Positions 46,717 through 56,120 of a stretch of DNA of 56,993 nucleotides are shown piece by piece. The position numbers and the translations under genes were made by a program. Location: IMG/VR virus record IMGVR_UViG_3300030389_002895, positions 1-56,993 of that record, one strand, 5' to 3'. Positions within the stretch are counted from its first letter, which is position 1. Each line of letters starts with the position of its first letter. Origin of the DNA: a virus (taxonomy: Duplodnaviria; Caudoviricetes). Under the pieces are notes generated by a model that did no database searches, was not told the DNA's origin, and was given only the letters and a program-made list of their open reading frames with translations.

Positions 46717-47522
46717 CAGCTAGTTAAGTCATAAATCCTTTTCAACTGATCTTGTTGATTATAAAAAAATTTTGCTCCTTTTTGTCTCATCTCCTTAAAA
46801 TCTTTAGGGTTGGCACCACTCATAATACCAGCACCTAAAACTGCATCTGCTCTACTTACAAATTCTCCGTCAGCTAATTGTGCTAACATGGTGTCCTCAT
46901 CTTTATCTGCAATATCAGTTGCGTCCTCAATATATCCCTTTGCTCTCATATAATTAGTTTTGTCTTTTTCATCATGATCTAATTTACTTGGTAAGTAAGT
47001 AACCCCACCAGTTTTAAATCCAGGAATACCTCCAACTATGCCACCAGTGCTCATTTGAGGCATATTATATACACTTGGATTATTTACCATAGTTTGTGCT
47101 GGACCTTCATAATTAAATCTATCACCTATACCTTGTACAGCTTGTCTTTGTTGATTGTACGCAGCTGCATATTCAGCTTCATCAAAAGGTGGTTTAAAAG
47201 GTTTTTGTTTTTGACCTCCCATTAATAATGGTGACGCCACTGCTGCTCCTAGACCAAGTTGTTGTGCTGTGCTTAAACCTTTTAGTGTAGGCATCAACCC
47301 TACATTTGCTGGTGCTACTCCTGCTGCAGTAGGTGGTCCTGCTACTGGTATACCACTAAGACCTCCACCTAAAGTAGAGGGCATAGCATAACCTCCTACA
47401 GTTCCTAAAGCACCACCTATCAAGGCGTTTTTAATCATGTCTCTGTTGGAGCCTCCAGAAGCTTTTGTGTATACTGCTCCTAATCCTGCTCCTATTAAAG
47501 CTGCCATCACTGGAAATGCCAT
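46716..47522 (-). CDS. Internal virion protein with D..LAQL.DGEFV motif
   Basis: Gly/Ala hydrophobic N-terminus; MSTGG/FKTGG; DTMLAQLADGEFVSRADAV. Confidence 0.7.
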   Translation of the reverse strand: MAFPVMAALIGAGLGAVYTKASGGSNRDMIKNALIGGALGTVGGYAMPSTLGGGLSGIPVAGPPTAAGVAPANVGLMPTLKGLSTAQQLGLGAAVASPLLMGGQKQKPFKPPFDEAEYAAAYNQQRQAVQGIGDRFNYEGPAQTMVNNPSVYNMPQMSTGGIVGGIPGFKTGGVTYLPSKLDHDEKDKTNYMRAKGYIEDATDIADKDEDTMLAQLADGEFVSRADAVLGAGIMSGANPKDFKEMRQKGAKFFYNQQDQLKRIYDLTS

Positions 47523-47551
47523 TCTTGTCTCCTTAATATTATACTTATAGT

Positions 47552-48334
47552 CTAACTCTTTTTCTCTTGTCTATCAAGACCCACGGGTATCATTTCATCA
47601 ATCAACCTACCAGTATACTGATACTCACCAACATGCGTAATATATTCTGTTATAAGAGCATAACATTTACCACCAATATCACGCCATAATTTAGAAAAAG
47701 CAAAGTCTTCTCCATAATATCTTTTATCTTTTTCATCATAATGCGTGTCAAAAAAATTATACAAGTTAGGCTTTACAGTCATTTTTCCATCTACCATACT
47801 CTCTTGGTGTATAATTTTGTTAGGATAAAATTTTATAAGTTTGTCAAACACTTCTTTCTTTAACAAAAGACAGCCAGTAGGAGCATAATTCAATTCAATC
47901 ATCTCATTAGTAAATGAGACATTGTCTTCATTATCTTTTATCTTAACAGGAAATTTATTACCGCTTGTATGTTTTTGTAATTTTGTCATATTAGGTATGT
48001 CTTCATATTTCTTATATACCTTATCCCAATTAATCACCTTCATGGGGTAAGGTATGCTACATACCTCAACATCTTTATCAATCATTTTAAAAATAGAATT
48101 AGGATAAAATAATATGTCACTATCAATAAACAAAAGATGCGTATAATCATCAGATAAGAAATGAGACACTAATGTGTTTCTACCTTGTGTTACCAAAGAA
48201 CTTTTCATCATATCTACAGTAATGTGAATATTTTTATGTAAACACTCAGATTGAAATTTTAACATAGACTGCATGTAATGTATGGAAACATCACTGTGAA
48301 CTGGTGTTGCTACAAATAATTTAATTTCTTTCAT
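47552..48334 (-). CDS. GT-A fold glycosyltransferase
   Basis: VATP, SLV..GRN, HLLFIDSDI (DxD), TG.LL and GEDFAFS motifs. Confidence 0.85.
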   Translation of the reverse strand: MKEIKLFVATPVHSDVSIHYMQSMLKFQSECLHKNIHITVDMMKSSLVTQGRNTLVSHFLSDDYTHLLFIDSDILFYPNSIFKMIDKDVEVCSIPYPMKVINWDKVYKKYEDIPNMTKLQKHTSGNKFPVKIKDNEDNVSFTNEMIELNYAPTGCLLLKKEVFDKLIKFYPNKIIHQESMVDGKMTVKPNLYNFFDTHYDEKDKRYYGEDFAFSKLWRDIGGKCYALITEYITHVGEYQYTGRLIDEMIPVGLDRQEKKS

Positions 48335-49250
48335 TCAACGCACCTTGTAAAAAATTTGTCCACTCTATCTTTTTCTTTTCCCAACTATAAAATTTTTTAA
48401 CAAAGTTTTGTTGCATTTGTAAGTGTTCAAACACCTCTGGCTCGTGTATCGTGTTTACTGCTTGTCGTATTGCAGATGCAAATTTACTAGCAAGTCTTTT
48501 CGTATCTTTCTCATAGGTAACGTATACAGGAAACTCAGAGCAAGTTTCATACAAAGCACCAAAGTTTGTAACTATACAAAATAATCCAGCAGCCATTGAC
48601 TCAAGAGCTGCATTACAACTTGTCTCCTCCCATGTGCTAGGATAAGCAAACATATGATAACGATAAATATATTTTTGTATAAAAGAATGTTCTTTATAAC
48701 CTATGTAAGTTACGTTTTCTAATTTTCTTGCTTGTTCATACAATGGTTCATATTGACTGTCGTTTGCTTTTTCAAATTCTTCTCCGTATATTTTACAACT
48801 ACTAAACACATCTACATGCACGTTACAGTCTTTTAATAAACTCATAGCACCTAATAAAACATTAAGACCCCTCCATGGTGTGACATGAAAAAGCATACGA
48901 ACCATATTACCTTCTTTAAAAGGTGTTAATGTAGGAAAGTTGTTTACACCATTTTTTATTACATGACATCTTTCAGTGGGTAGATCAAATCTATATCTAT
49001 ACTTTTCATAATTCCAATGGCTGTTAAAAACATACCAATCAAATTTGTCATGGTTAGTTTTATCTTCAAACCATGGATATATATTAGGTTGGTCATGACT
49101 ATTTTTTTGCCATAATATATTTATTTTATCTTTACTTAATTTTACTTTACCAGGTATTGATGTGCATATTTGGAAGTTATCTAAAAGTTTATCATTCACA
49201 TAATGAGACAAAAATCTATGTTGTATTTCTGTTCCTCCTTGCGGAATCAT
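48321..49250 (-). CDS. GT-B fold glycosyltransferase (GT4 / Glycos_transf_1-like)
   Basis: GGTE, TPWRGL and YPSTWEETSC..ALE (E-x7-E) motifs. Confidence 0.88.
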   Translation of the reverse strand: MIPQGGTEIQHRFLSHYVNDKLLDNFQICTSIPGKVKLSKDKINILWQKNSHDQPNIYPWFEDKTNHDKFDWYVFNSHWNYEKYRYRFDLPTERCHVIKNGVNNFPTLTPFKEGNMVRMLFHVTPWRGLNVLLGAMSLLKDCNVHVDVFSSCKIYGEEFEKANDSQYEPLYEQARKLENVTYIGYKEHSFIQKYIYRYHMFAYPSTWEETSCNAALESMAAGLFCIVTNFGALYETCSEFPVYVTYEKDTKRLASKFASAIRQAVNTIHEPEVFEHLQMQQNFVKKFYSWEKKKIEWTNFLQGALNERN

Positions 49251-49564
49251 CTCCCATACTCCAACAGTAACTCTTGACCTTGTTTTATTTTTTTAATTGT
49301 CATAACTTTGTATACAAGGTAATCATCCCAGTCTAAATCAATAAACAAACGACAGTTTGGTTCGTCACTATGATTTAAAAAACCTCCCATAGGAGTTCTA
49401 ACATACCCGTGTATAATTGGTATTTTTATATGACTCATACCTAAATCATATTTTTTAGGCAAATCAGATTTAGCAAAGACACCATGTCCATGAGTAGAAC
49501 TAACCCCAATCATTAACTCCTCTGGCAAAGGATTGTAGTAAAACCTGTCGTATTTAATTTTCAT
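49247..49564 (-). CDS. SET-domain protein (putative lysine methyltransferase)
   Basis: S.HG.GVFA, GFLNHSDEPNC and I..GQEL..EY SET signature motifs. Confidence 0.9.
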   Translation of the reverse strand: MKIKYDRFYYNPLPEELMIGVSSTHGHGVFAKSDLPKKYDLGMSHIKIPIIHGYVRTPMGGFLNHSDEPNCRLFIDLDWDDYLVYKVMTIKKIKQGQELLLEYGR

Positions 49565-49754
49565 CTTTGGTTTTACTAATCATAGATAAAGCTTCTTTTG
49601 GTACTATAATATTTACATCGCACGCTATATCTTCTTGTTTAGTATCTGTATTTGGATTATCTACATCGTGCTGAGCATCTTCTTTAGTAGCATACCTTAA
49701 ATTAGTTTTTTTATTTCTATAAGTTTCTTGTGAAGTGCATCGTATTGTTTTCAT
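49554..49754 (-). CDS. Hypothetical protein
   Basis: 66 aa ORF, DV..PNT.T..EDI motif. Confidence 0.65.
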   Translation of the reverse strand: MKTIRCTSQETYRNKKTNLRYATKEDAQHDVDNPNTDTKQEDIACDVNIIVPKEALSMISKTKDEN

Positions 49755-49792
49755 AAAAACAATATCCTATAAATATTAGAAAAAATCAAGTA

Positions 49793-50359
49793 TTAACTAA
49801 ACCAACAAACTATACTGTATCTAGTGCCAGATAAAACAGGTTCTACAGAATGAGGGTACATAAAATTACTAGGAAACATAATTAAATCTCCTGTGTGCAA
49901 ATTTACTTTACTATATGGTTGTTGATTATGTGGGTAATAAAAAATTATTTCTCCACCTTTGTAGTTTTCGTTTAAATTAATTATAAAAGATAATTGTCTA
50001 TTTTCTTGATGAAAAGAATCAGTATGTCTTTTGTAAAAATTACCTGTTTCATATTTTAATAAATTAATTGATTCGAATTTTAATTCTTGATGTAAACTGG
50101 GAAATATTTTTTGATATTCTTGTATAGATTTACAACAAGTATTAAATATAAGCTTATGATATAAAGCATCATGTTCATTATCAGGGTTTAAAGGAACAGT
50201 AGAAACATTTCTATACTTTGTATCAACAAAATTAGTATTATCTTTTAACATTGTAGCTTTATAACTAGGACTTAAATCTATATGTTCACATAGGTTTTTA
50301 CAAACTTTTTTATCTAAAGCCTGATCTATTTTAAAAATAGCAGAACTTATTCTATCCAT
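49793..50359 (-). CDS. 2OG-Fe(II) oxygenase (prolyl 4-hydroxylase-like)
   Basis: Y..HTD, LN..Y.GGE, FPSNFMYPH.V.PV..G.RYS. Confidence 0.92.
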   Translation of the reverse strand: MDRISSAIFKIDQALDKKVCKNLCEHIDLSPSYKATMLKDNTNFVDTKYRNVSTVPLNPDNEHDALYHKLIFNTCCKSIQEYQKIFPSLHQELKFESINLLKYETGNFYKRHTDSFHQENRQLSFIINLNENYKGGEIIFYYPHNQQPYSKVNLHTGDLIMFPSNFMYPHSVEPVLSGTRYSIVCWFS

Positions 50360-50702
50360 TCTCTTGAGAACGATCTATTAAAGCATAACTTACTAAACCT
50401 TGTATTTTACTACTGCCTGTGGCTGCTTGAACAGTTATGGCATCACCAGCTTCTAAATTTAAACCTTGAGGAGAAGCATTAACTTGTGACTTAGCCGCTA
50501 TGTCATCTCTAAAAAATTCATACTCAGTGCTAGAATCAGATGAGTCAACAAAATTCATGTTTACTAAAATAGCTGATGACGCATCATTGTTAGCTAAATA
50601 AATACTTTTAATTATAACTGTTCCATTAGTAGGACATGTAAATACTGTAGTTTTGCTTGTGTCGGTTTGTTTAAAACCTTGGTTTTTATATTGTATTGTC
50701 AT
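50352..50702 (-). CDS. Small tail/structural protein
   Basis: YKN, T.IIKSI..AN and L.LE.GD.I motifs. Confidence 0.65.
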   Translation of the reverse strand: MTIQYKNQGFKQTDTSKTTVFTCPTNGTVIIKSIYLANNDASSAILVNMNFVDSSDSSTEYEFFRDDIAAKSQVNASPQGLNLEAGDAITVQAATGSSKIQGLVSYALIDRSQENG

Positions 50703-50863
50703 GATAAAAAATACTCAAAAGCTTGTTGATCATTTTTGATTTCTTGTTGATAACTAAAATTTAATTTTTGTATAATTTGAGTTAAAGCTAAATTAATTAA
50801 TCTTTGGTTTTCAATATTATATTCTTCTTTTGGTTCCGGAATAAATGTATTAATTTTAGCCAA
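50699..50863 (-). CDS. 54-aa protein (MAKINTFIPEPKEEY...), not in ORF track
   Basis: Manual translation from TTG; coupled at both ends. Confidence 0.65.
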   Translation of the reverse strand: MAKINTFIPEPKEEYNIENQRLINLALTQIIQKLNFSYQQEIKNDQQAFEYFLS

Positions 50864-51137
50864 TTTGTTTCTTTCTTTTTAATGCTACTTTACCAGCTTT
50901 GGCAATTCTTACTACTTCTGCTTTACCCATAACTTTCGCACGTTGTTCCATAACAGTCAATATTTGTATTTTTCTAGCGTAGGGTTTTGATATTTTTTTT
51001 ACTTTTGCAACAGTTGCTCTTGCATCAGCTGGTGTTGCAAATTTAATACGCACTGTATCTTTAGGGTTTTCGTCTGTATACAACCTACGACCTGTGCCTT
51101 TAGGTTTTTTACCTCTTCCTTTTTTTGGATCTGCCAC
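50856..51137 (-). CDS. Basic conserved phage protein
   Basis: DP..G.GKKPKG.GRRLYTDENPKDTV.IKFAT motif. Confidence 0.75.
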   Translation of the reverse strand: MADPKKGRGKKPKGTGRRLYTDENPKDTVRIKFATPADARATVAKVKKISKPYARKIQILTVMEQRAKVMGKAEVVRIAKAGKVALKRKKQIG

Positions 51138-51237
51138 TTATGACTCCTTTTAATGTTTTAGCTTGACCTGCATGTAATTTAGAAGCTTTTTTTAACCCTT
51201 TTATTACTTTTTTAATTTTGTTTTTACTTTTATTCAT
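51109..51237 (-). CDS. 42-aa Lys-rich peptide (…KKVIKGLKKASKLHAGQAK…), not in ORF track
   Basis: Manual translation; fills the intergenic gap. Confidence 0.6.
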   Translation of the reverse strand: MNKSKNKIKKVIKGLKKASKLHAGQAKTLKGVISGRSKKRKR

Positions 51238-51548
51238 TTACGTTTGCCTTTCTTTTTTTCGGGTGCTTTTCTTAATACTTTATATATTATATCAGGAGGA
51301 GCCCATAAATAACAGTATTCTTTTATATTTAAAATTTTAAAGGATTTTTGTTTATGTAGACCCCATTTAAAATCTTCTGCATTTTGTTTAATCATATCAA
51401 AATAAAATTTATATTGATCAGGCCATTCGTTTTTTGTGAACTTCCATATTTTTTTTGCGTTCAATACGATTGCATATGGGTTTGATGTATGATCGCTTTT
51501 CCATATTTTTTCATTATCGATGCTTACAATGTTTTTAACGTCTACCAT
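51234..51548 (-). CDS. Hypothetical protein
   Basis: Probable start MVDVKNI at 51548. Confidence 0.55.
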   Translation of the reverse strand: MVDVKNIVSIDNEKIWKSDHTSNPYAIVLNAKKIWKFTKNEWPDQYKFYFDMIKQNAEDFKWGLHKQKSFKILNIKEYCYLWAPPDIIYKVLRKAPEKKKGKRK

Positions 51549-53706
51549 CTGGCTGCACATCTGCTTTAAAAGTTCCATACCTCCAGTTTTCATCAGTAGT
51601 AATATTTTCTATTTTTAAACTAGCTGCTCGACCTCTTGCTCTTGTATCTACTTTTTGTGTTGATGAAGATATAGTAAAAGGACCCAAGCTACTACTAGAT
51701 TCTGTATCACTAGGGAAATCTTTTAAATTAATTGTTACTTTAGCATTACCTGCTAAAGCTCTGAAGTCTGGTATAAATCTTCTTATTTTCATAAAAAATT
51801 CACCACGTATACCGCCTCCAGCTTCTACTTCAAAATCACCACTTTCAATACTACCTATTATCGCAGTGGTAGTGCCATCAGTTTTTACCTGATTAGTTCC
51901 TTTTTCATGTGCATATAAAGTTGTAGCTCCATTAGTAGATGTGGCTCCTTGTATTATAGGAAAACTAGGTATACTAGTGGTGCTATATTCTGTTGCATAA
52001 GGATTATCATATATTGTTTTGTCATAGTAAGTTGTTCTTGACAATGAGCCAATAGTCCACAAACCCTCTGCGTAATTATAACTAACTACCCTATCTATTT
52101 GTGTAGATCCTGCTTTAGGGTAAAACCAATTTATTTCACTAAACAATGAATTATATCCAGCATACACTACATCTGCTGCATCAAAGTTTAATCCTAAATC
52201 ATCTTCATCTTGTGTAGTAAAAACAAAATCTTCAACTTGACAAGATATTTTCTTTACTGTTCCATCAAATAAATAAAAGCCACCTGCTTGACCCATCCAA
52301 TAAACCACTCCATTAACTGCCACTATAGCGTGTTGAGATATTAAACCACAATTAGCTCCCACTTGCTGTATACCAAACGTAAAAGGTGGACCAACAAATT
52401 GCATAGTGTATGCAGAAGTATCTGTTAAAATTAAAATAAAACTACCTGCATTCACAGCACCAACTATTTTTGTACCACTATCTATCCTAAAAGTACCTGC
52501 CGTATTAGTAGATGTAGGTGTATAATCCTCAAAGTTTTCTTGATCTGCAAAACGTATAAACATTTTATCTTGAGAACTTGTTCCTATAGTGGTTTCAGTG
52601 CCTAAATGAATTAAATGTCTATCTCTGTCAGAGACTACAGTCATCACACTTTGTATTGGTGCGTTGTTTATGACTGTAGCTCTTGTTGACAGAGCCGAGG
52701 CACTGCTCGGGTTCCATTGAAAAGTCTTATTGTTTTTTACAGTCGCAACTAATATTTGCCCAAAATTATCTAATGACCAGTTCCCTGGTTCTAATGTTAC
52801 CTCACCAGTAGGTGAAGCATCACCCCATCCGGTAAAGCTAGAAGCCTCTTGCACCACAGCACCATCACTGTGCGCTGATCTAGTTGATCCAGAAGCTCCT
52901 CTTGCAATTCCTGTAACAGTGCTACCTGCTACACCAGTATAAGTTATTAATTCTTCTCCTACTTTTAATGTGCCACCACTACTACTAAAACCAGACACAG
53001 AAGTTAAAGTTATTGCAGTACCTGAGCCGCCCGTTCCATTTGCATCATCTAATAATGCACCATTTAATGTAGTGCTAGTTATTGAAGGGTTTGTACCACC
53101 ATATAAGCCAGTTCCAAAACCATAACCTGTAACTTGTACAGCGTCACCCACTTTAAAATATGGAGATAAAGTCACACTACCTCCAGCACTAAAACCAGAA
53201 CCTGATTCAACTTTACCTGCTGTTACAGTAAAAGTGTCAGAAGTTCTCGTTATAACCTCAAAAGTATTTTGTGTAAAATCTGCACTAACAAAACCAGTGC
53301 TGCCGCCTGGTAAGGTTACACTAGAAAATAAAAATAAATCTCCTACCTCTAATCCATGAGCTGCTTTATTGACAGTGACAGTTGCTGAGTTATTAGTGGT
53401 GGTTAAAGTACAAGATGTTATGTTTGTATCTAAAGGTGATATATCATAAAAAGCACCATCATGATGTAAAAATAAACCCTTATTTGTTCCTATTACTATG
53501 TACCTTTTACCTAATAAGTCACTCCAAATGTGCATGTCTCTACCTACACCAACTAACGTGCTAGAGGTGGTTTGTTCCCATCCACCTATTTTTTCTGGAA
53601 AACCATAACGAAATCTTACATTATCACAGTCAACCCATTTACCTTGTGCTCCTGTAGGTGTAACTTGTTTATTTATACCGCCAATAATCTTGACTTCACT
53701 AAGCAT
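51535..53706 (-). CDS. Tail stabilisation/nozzle protein (P22 gp10-like)
   Basis: NVRFR.G.PEKIGGW start, beta-propeller-like repeats, C-terminal R.RGR...PDGRR. Confidence 0.75.
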   Translation of the reverse strand: MLSEVKIIGGINKQVTPTGAQGKWVDCDNVRFRYGFPEKIGGWEQTTSSTLVGVGRDMHIWSDLLGKRYIVIGTNKGLFLHHDGAFYDISPLDTNITSCTLTTTNNSATVTVNKAAHGLEVGDLFLFSSVTLPGGSTGFVSADFTQNTFEVITRTSDTFTVTAGKVESGSGFSAGGSVTLSPYFKVGDAVQVTGYGFGTGLYGGTNPSITSTTLNGALLDDANGTGGSGTAITLTSVSGFSSSGGTLKVGEELITYTGVAGSTVTGIARGASGSTRSAHSDGAVVQEASSFTGWGDASPTGEVTLEPGNWSLDNFGQILVATVKNNKTFQWNPSSASALSTRATVINNAPIQSVMTVVSDRDRHLIHLGTETTIGTSSQDKMFIRFADQENFEDYTPTSTNTAGTFRIDSGTKIVGAVNAGSFILILTDTSAYTMQFVGPPFTFGIQQVGANCGLISQHAIVAVNGVVYWMGQAGGFYLFDGTVKKISCQVEDFVFTTQDEDDLGLNFDAADVVYAGYNSLFSEINWFYPKAGSTQIDRVVSYNYAEGLWTIGSLSRTTYYDKTIYDNPYATEYSTTSIPSFPIIQGATSTNGATTLYAHEKGTNQVKTDGTTTAIIGSIESGDFEVEAGGGIRGEFFMKIRRFIPDFRALAGNAKVTINLKDFPSDTESSSSLGPFTISSSTQKVDTRARGRAASLKIENITTDENWRYGTFKADVQPDGRR

Positions 53707-53710
53707 AACA

Positions 53711-54346
53711 TTATCTTATGTAGTCGGTTACAGTAGAATCTGATGTCCACCTATCAATTCTATTTACTTGTGTCACAACACCTTCACTGTTCATAGTATC
53801 TGCATACAATGCTTTAAATGCAGTCATATCACTTGCGTTATCAATTGCTGTACAGATAGCGGCACAATCAGTTCTAATTGCAGCACAATACGTTGTGACT
53901 GCACTAGGTATTGTAGCACTACTATCCATAGTGACTCTTTGCACTAGCCAGTCAAACCTTTGAATTAAAGTATGCGCTCTCTTTTTAGCTTGATTTTTAG
54001 CTAATGTTTTTAAACCATAATTAATTACCTTATTACCCTCAAGGTCTAATATATTTTTACCATCTTCATCTTTAGCTTCTAAATCATCTAATACTTTGTC
54101 TGTAGTAGTATATTTAGTAGAAACTTTTTTATTAGAACTATCAAATGTATAAGTAGGTTGACTTGTTATTTCAAACCTATCATCACCTTGTGTTCCAGCT
54201 TCTACTGTATAAATACCTATGGCATTAAGTTCATCCCAAGTCCAAGATGTAAATATTCTACGAGAATGTCTTACATCATCTATGACCATATCTTTGGGTC
54301 TAGCGATTATCTCCTCTACTTTATTATCTTTTATATATGCCCACAT
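53711..54346 (-). CDS. Tail fibre assembly/chaperone-like protein
   Basis: W...EL..IGIY, DW.V.R and IP..V..Y..AIRT motifs; follows fibre gene. Confidence 0.65.
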   Translation of the reverse strand: MWAYIKDNKVEEIIARPKDMVIDDVRHSRRIFTSWTWDELNAIGIYTVEAGTQGDDRFEITSQPTYTFDSSNKKVSTKYTTTDKVLDDLEAKDEDGKNILDLEGNKVINYGLKTLAKNQAKKRAHTLIQRFDWLVQRVTMDSSATIPSAVTTYCAAIRTDCAAICTAIDNASDMTAFKALYADTMNSEGVVTQVNRIDRWTSDSTVTDYIR

Positions 54347-54363
54347 ATTATCACCTCCTTAAA

Positions 54364-56118
54364 TTATCTAGCGTTACTATACTTGGAAGGTTGGTCTCCC
54401 CAACAAGCATAAATATATCTAGCACCATCAGTATTAATGTTACTATTTGTACTTTTTATTTTAAAACCTTTTGAATACAGATCCATTTCTCTACTTGCAG
54501 AACTTCCAGTTACTTCAGCTGCAGTTGTGTCAAGTTCTAACCTTCCTGGTCCATTATCATCATTATTAGTATATCTTGCTGTATCTATTATAGTCCAACC
54601 ACTTGTGCCATCTGAACGTTTTATAATTATGATACGAGGTCTCATATTAGTCATTATGTAAGGACCATCTGTTGTGCCTGTGCCAACATAATATCCGAAC
54701 TTACTCATTCCATCAATTTCTGACCAGCAATAATGAACATATGTTGAACCACTTGCATTTACATTTGCAGCACTTCCTACGGAAAAAACACTACTTGTAG
54801 GAGCTGTATCATTCCATATTAAGTTGTAATCAGAAAATCCTCCATTACTATCTAAATGCATATATCCGAGTTCTCCACCACTCCCACTTGCTCCTTGATT
54901 AGGATGATAAGTTACCCAAGAATAAGTGCTATTTAATTGTTTAGATAAAATTAATTTAGGAACTGCACCCAATCCATGTCCTATAGTTGCATTACCTCCG
55001 TTGCCTGTTGTCTGTACGATACTAAACCCAGCATTTTGATTGGCTTGTACTGTAGAAGTTATTGAACCATCTGAATTACTAGCTGTTGTTCCTCCGTTTG
55101 CTCTCCAACACCAAGCCACATAAGTTTGACTATTATCATTAGGATTAGAACCACTACTTGCTAAAGTAAATCCATCACTATCATAACTTGTCATAAAAGG
55201 ACCATTGCTTGTTTGTTGCGCATTATTTGCACTACTAAATATTAAACCTTGCCCTCTTGAACTATCTATTAAAATACCATTTTGAGTAGAACTTCTCATT
55301 TTTGCCCAGACTAAATCTGGTTGAAATCCTAGTCCAGTTATAGCATTACTACTACCATTACCTGTATAAAGAACTGCGCCACATTGTGCAGAAGGATGGT
55401 CAGTATTAGTTTCGGCTGGATCAATATTTGAAGAAGTCGGCATATTGGCCGAGCACATCGCTAAATAATTTGTACTTGGAGCATAATAAAAATCACCGAA
55501 GCCATTTGAGTCTGTATTATTTTGTCCTGTAGTTGTACCTTGAAAACTGCTGTCCTGCCCAAAATTAACGTGAGTGTTAGAAGGAGCACCTGTTTTATTT
55601 GTACCTACCATTGGGTAAAAAATTTGTCCTTGTAAAGCAGCTGGTATGTCAAAACCATTTCCAGCAGTAGGAGTTCTAGCAGTGCCATCGGATTCTTGAA
55701 CAAAATTATTATCTCCATGCCAATACACTTTATTATTATCTAAATCTAAATAAGTACCAACAACTTTTGTATTTGTATTATAATAACTTGGAACTGTTGG
55801 GTCTGGTGACTGATTACTACCATTTAACACAACAGTACCTAACTGCGACCAATTAAGAGAACCAGTCATACCAGAACTAATTTCTGTCAAGTAAGTATCA
55901 TCTATGTTAGCAATACACCAACCAAAAACAAAATATGAACCATAGTTGTGTCCTACTCTTAATTCATAATACCATTTTCCAGAACTTACACCAACTGAAC
56001 CTATAGCAGTAGAATCATAACTTGCTCCTGGCATATAAAGATTGCCATTTTGTATTAGAGTGCTTGCACTACTTTTATTAGTTTGTAACATTGTAGGAAA
56101 ATTTGAAAAAGTTGTCAT
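54364..56118 (-). CDS. Tail fibre / receptor-binding protein (SPRY-like plus repeat domains)
   Basis: SGKWYYE, NFGQD, YTGNG..ITGLGFQPDLVW.K, YVAWCW and GHGLG motifs. Confidence 0.8.
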   Translation of the reverse strand: MTTFSNFPTMLQTNKSSASTLIQNGNLYMPGASYDSTAIGSVGVSSGKWYYELRVGHNYGSYFVFGWCIANIDDTYLTEISSGMTGSLNWSQLGTVVLNGSNQSPDPTVPSYYNTNTKVVGTYLDLDNNKVYWHGDNNFVQESDGTARTPTAGNGFDIPAALQGQIFYPMVGTNKTGAPSNTHVNFGQDSSFQGTTTGQNNTDSNGFGDFYYAPSTNYLAMCSANMPTSSNIDPAETNTDHPSAQCGAVLYTGNGSSNAITGLGFQPDLVWAKMRSSTQNGILIDSSRGQGLIFSSANNAQQTSNGPFMTSYDSDGFTLASSGSNPNDNSQTYVAWCWRANGGTTASNSDGSITSTVQANQNAGFSIVQTTGNGGNATIGHGLGAVPKLILSKQLNSTYSWVTYHPNQGASGSGGELGYMHLDSNGGFSDYNLIWNDTAPTSSVFSVGSAANVNASGSTYVHYCWSEIDGMSKFGYYVGTGTTDGPYIMTNMRPRIIIIKRSDGTSGWTIIDTARYTNNDDNGPGRLELDTTAAEVTGSSASREMDLYSKGFKIKSTNSNINTDGARYIYACWGDQPSKYSNAR

Positions 56119-56120
56119 AT

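Noticed and set aside
313-54661. Many plus-strand ORFs in the track (e.g. 580-1044, 1158-1616, 3273-3656, 29048-29425, 38516-39076)
   Set aside because: Antisense shadows of well-supported minus-strand genes; no RBS or recognisable motifs
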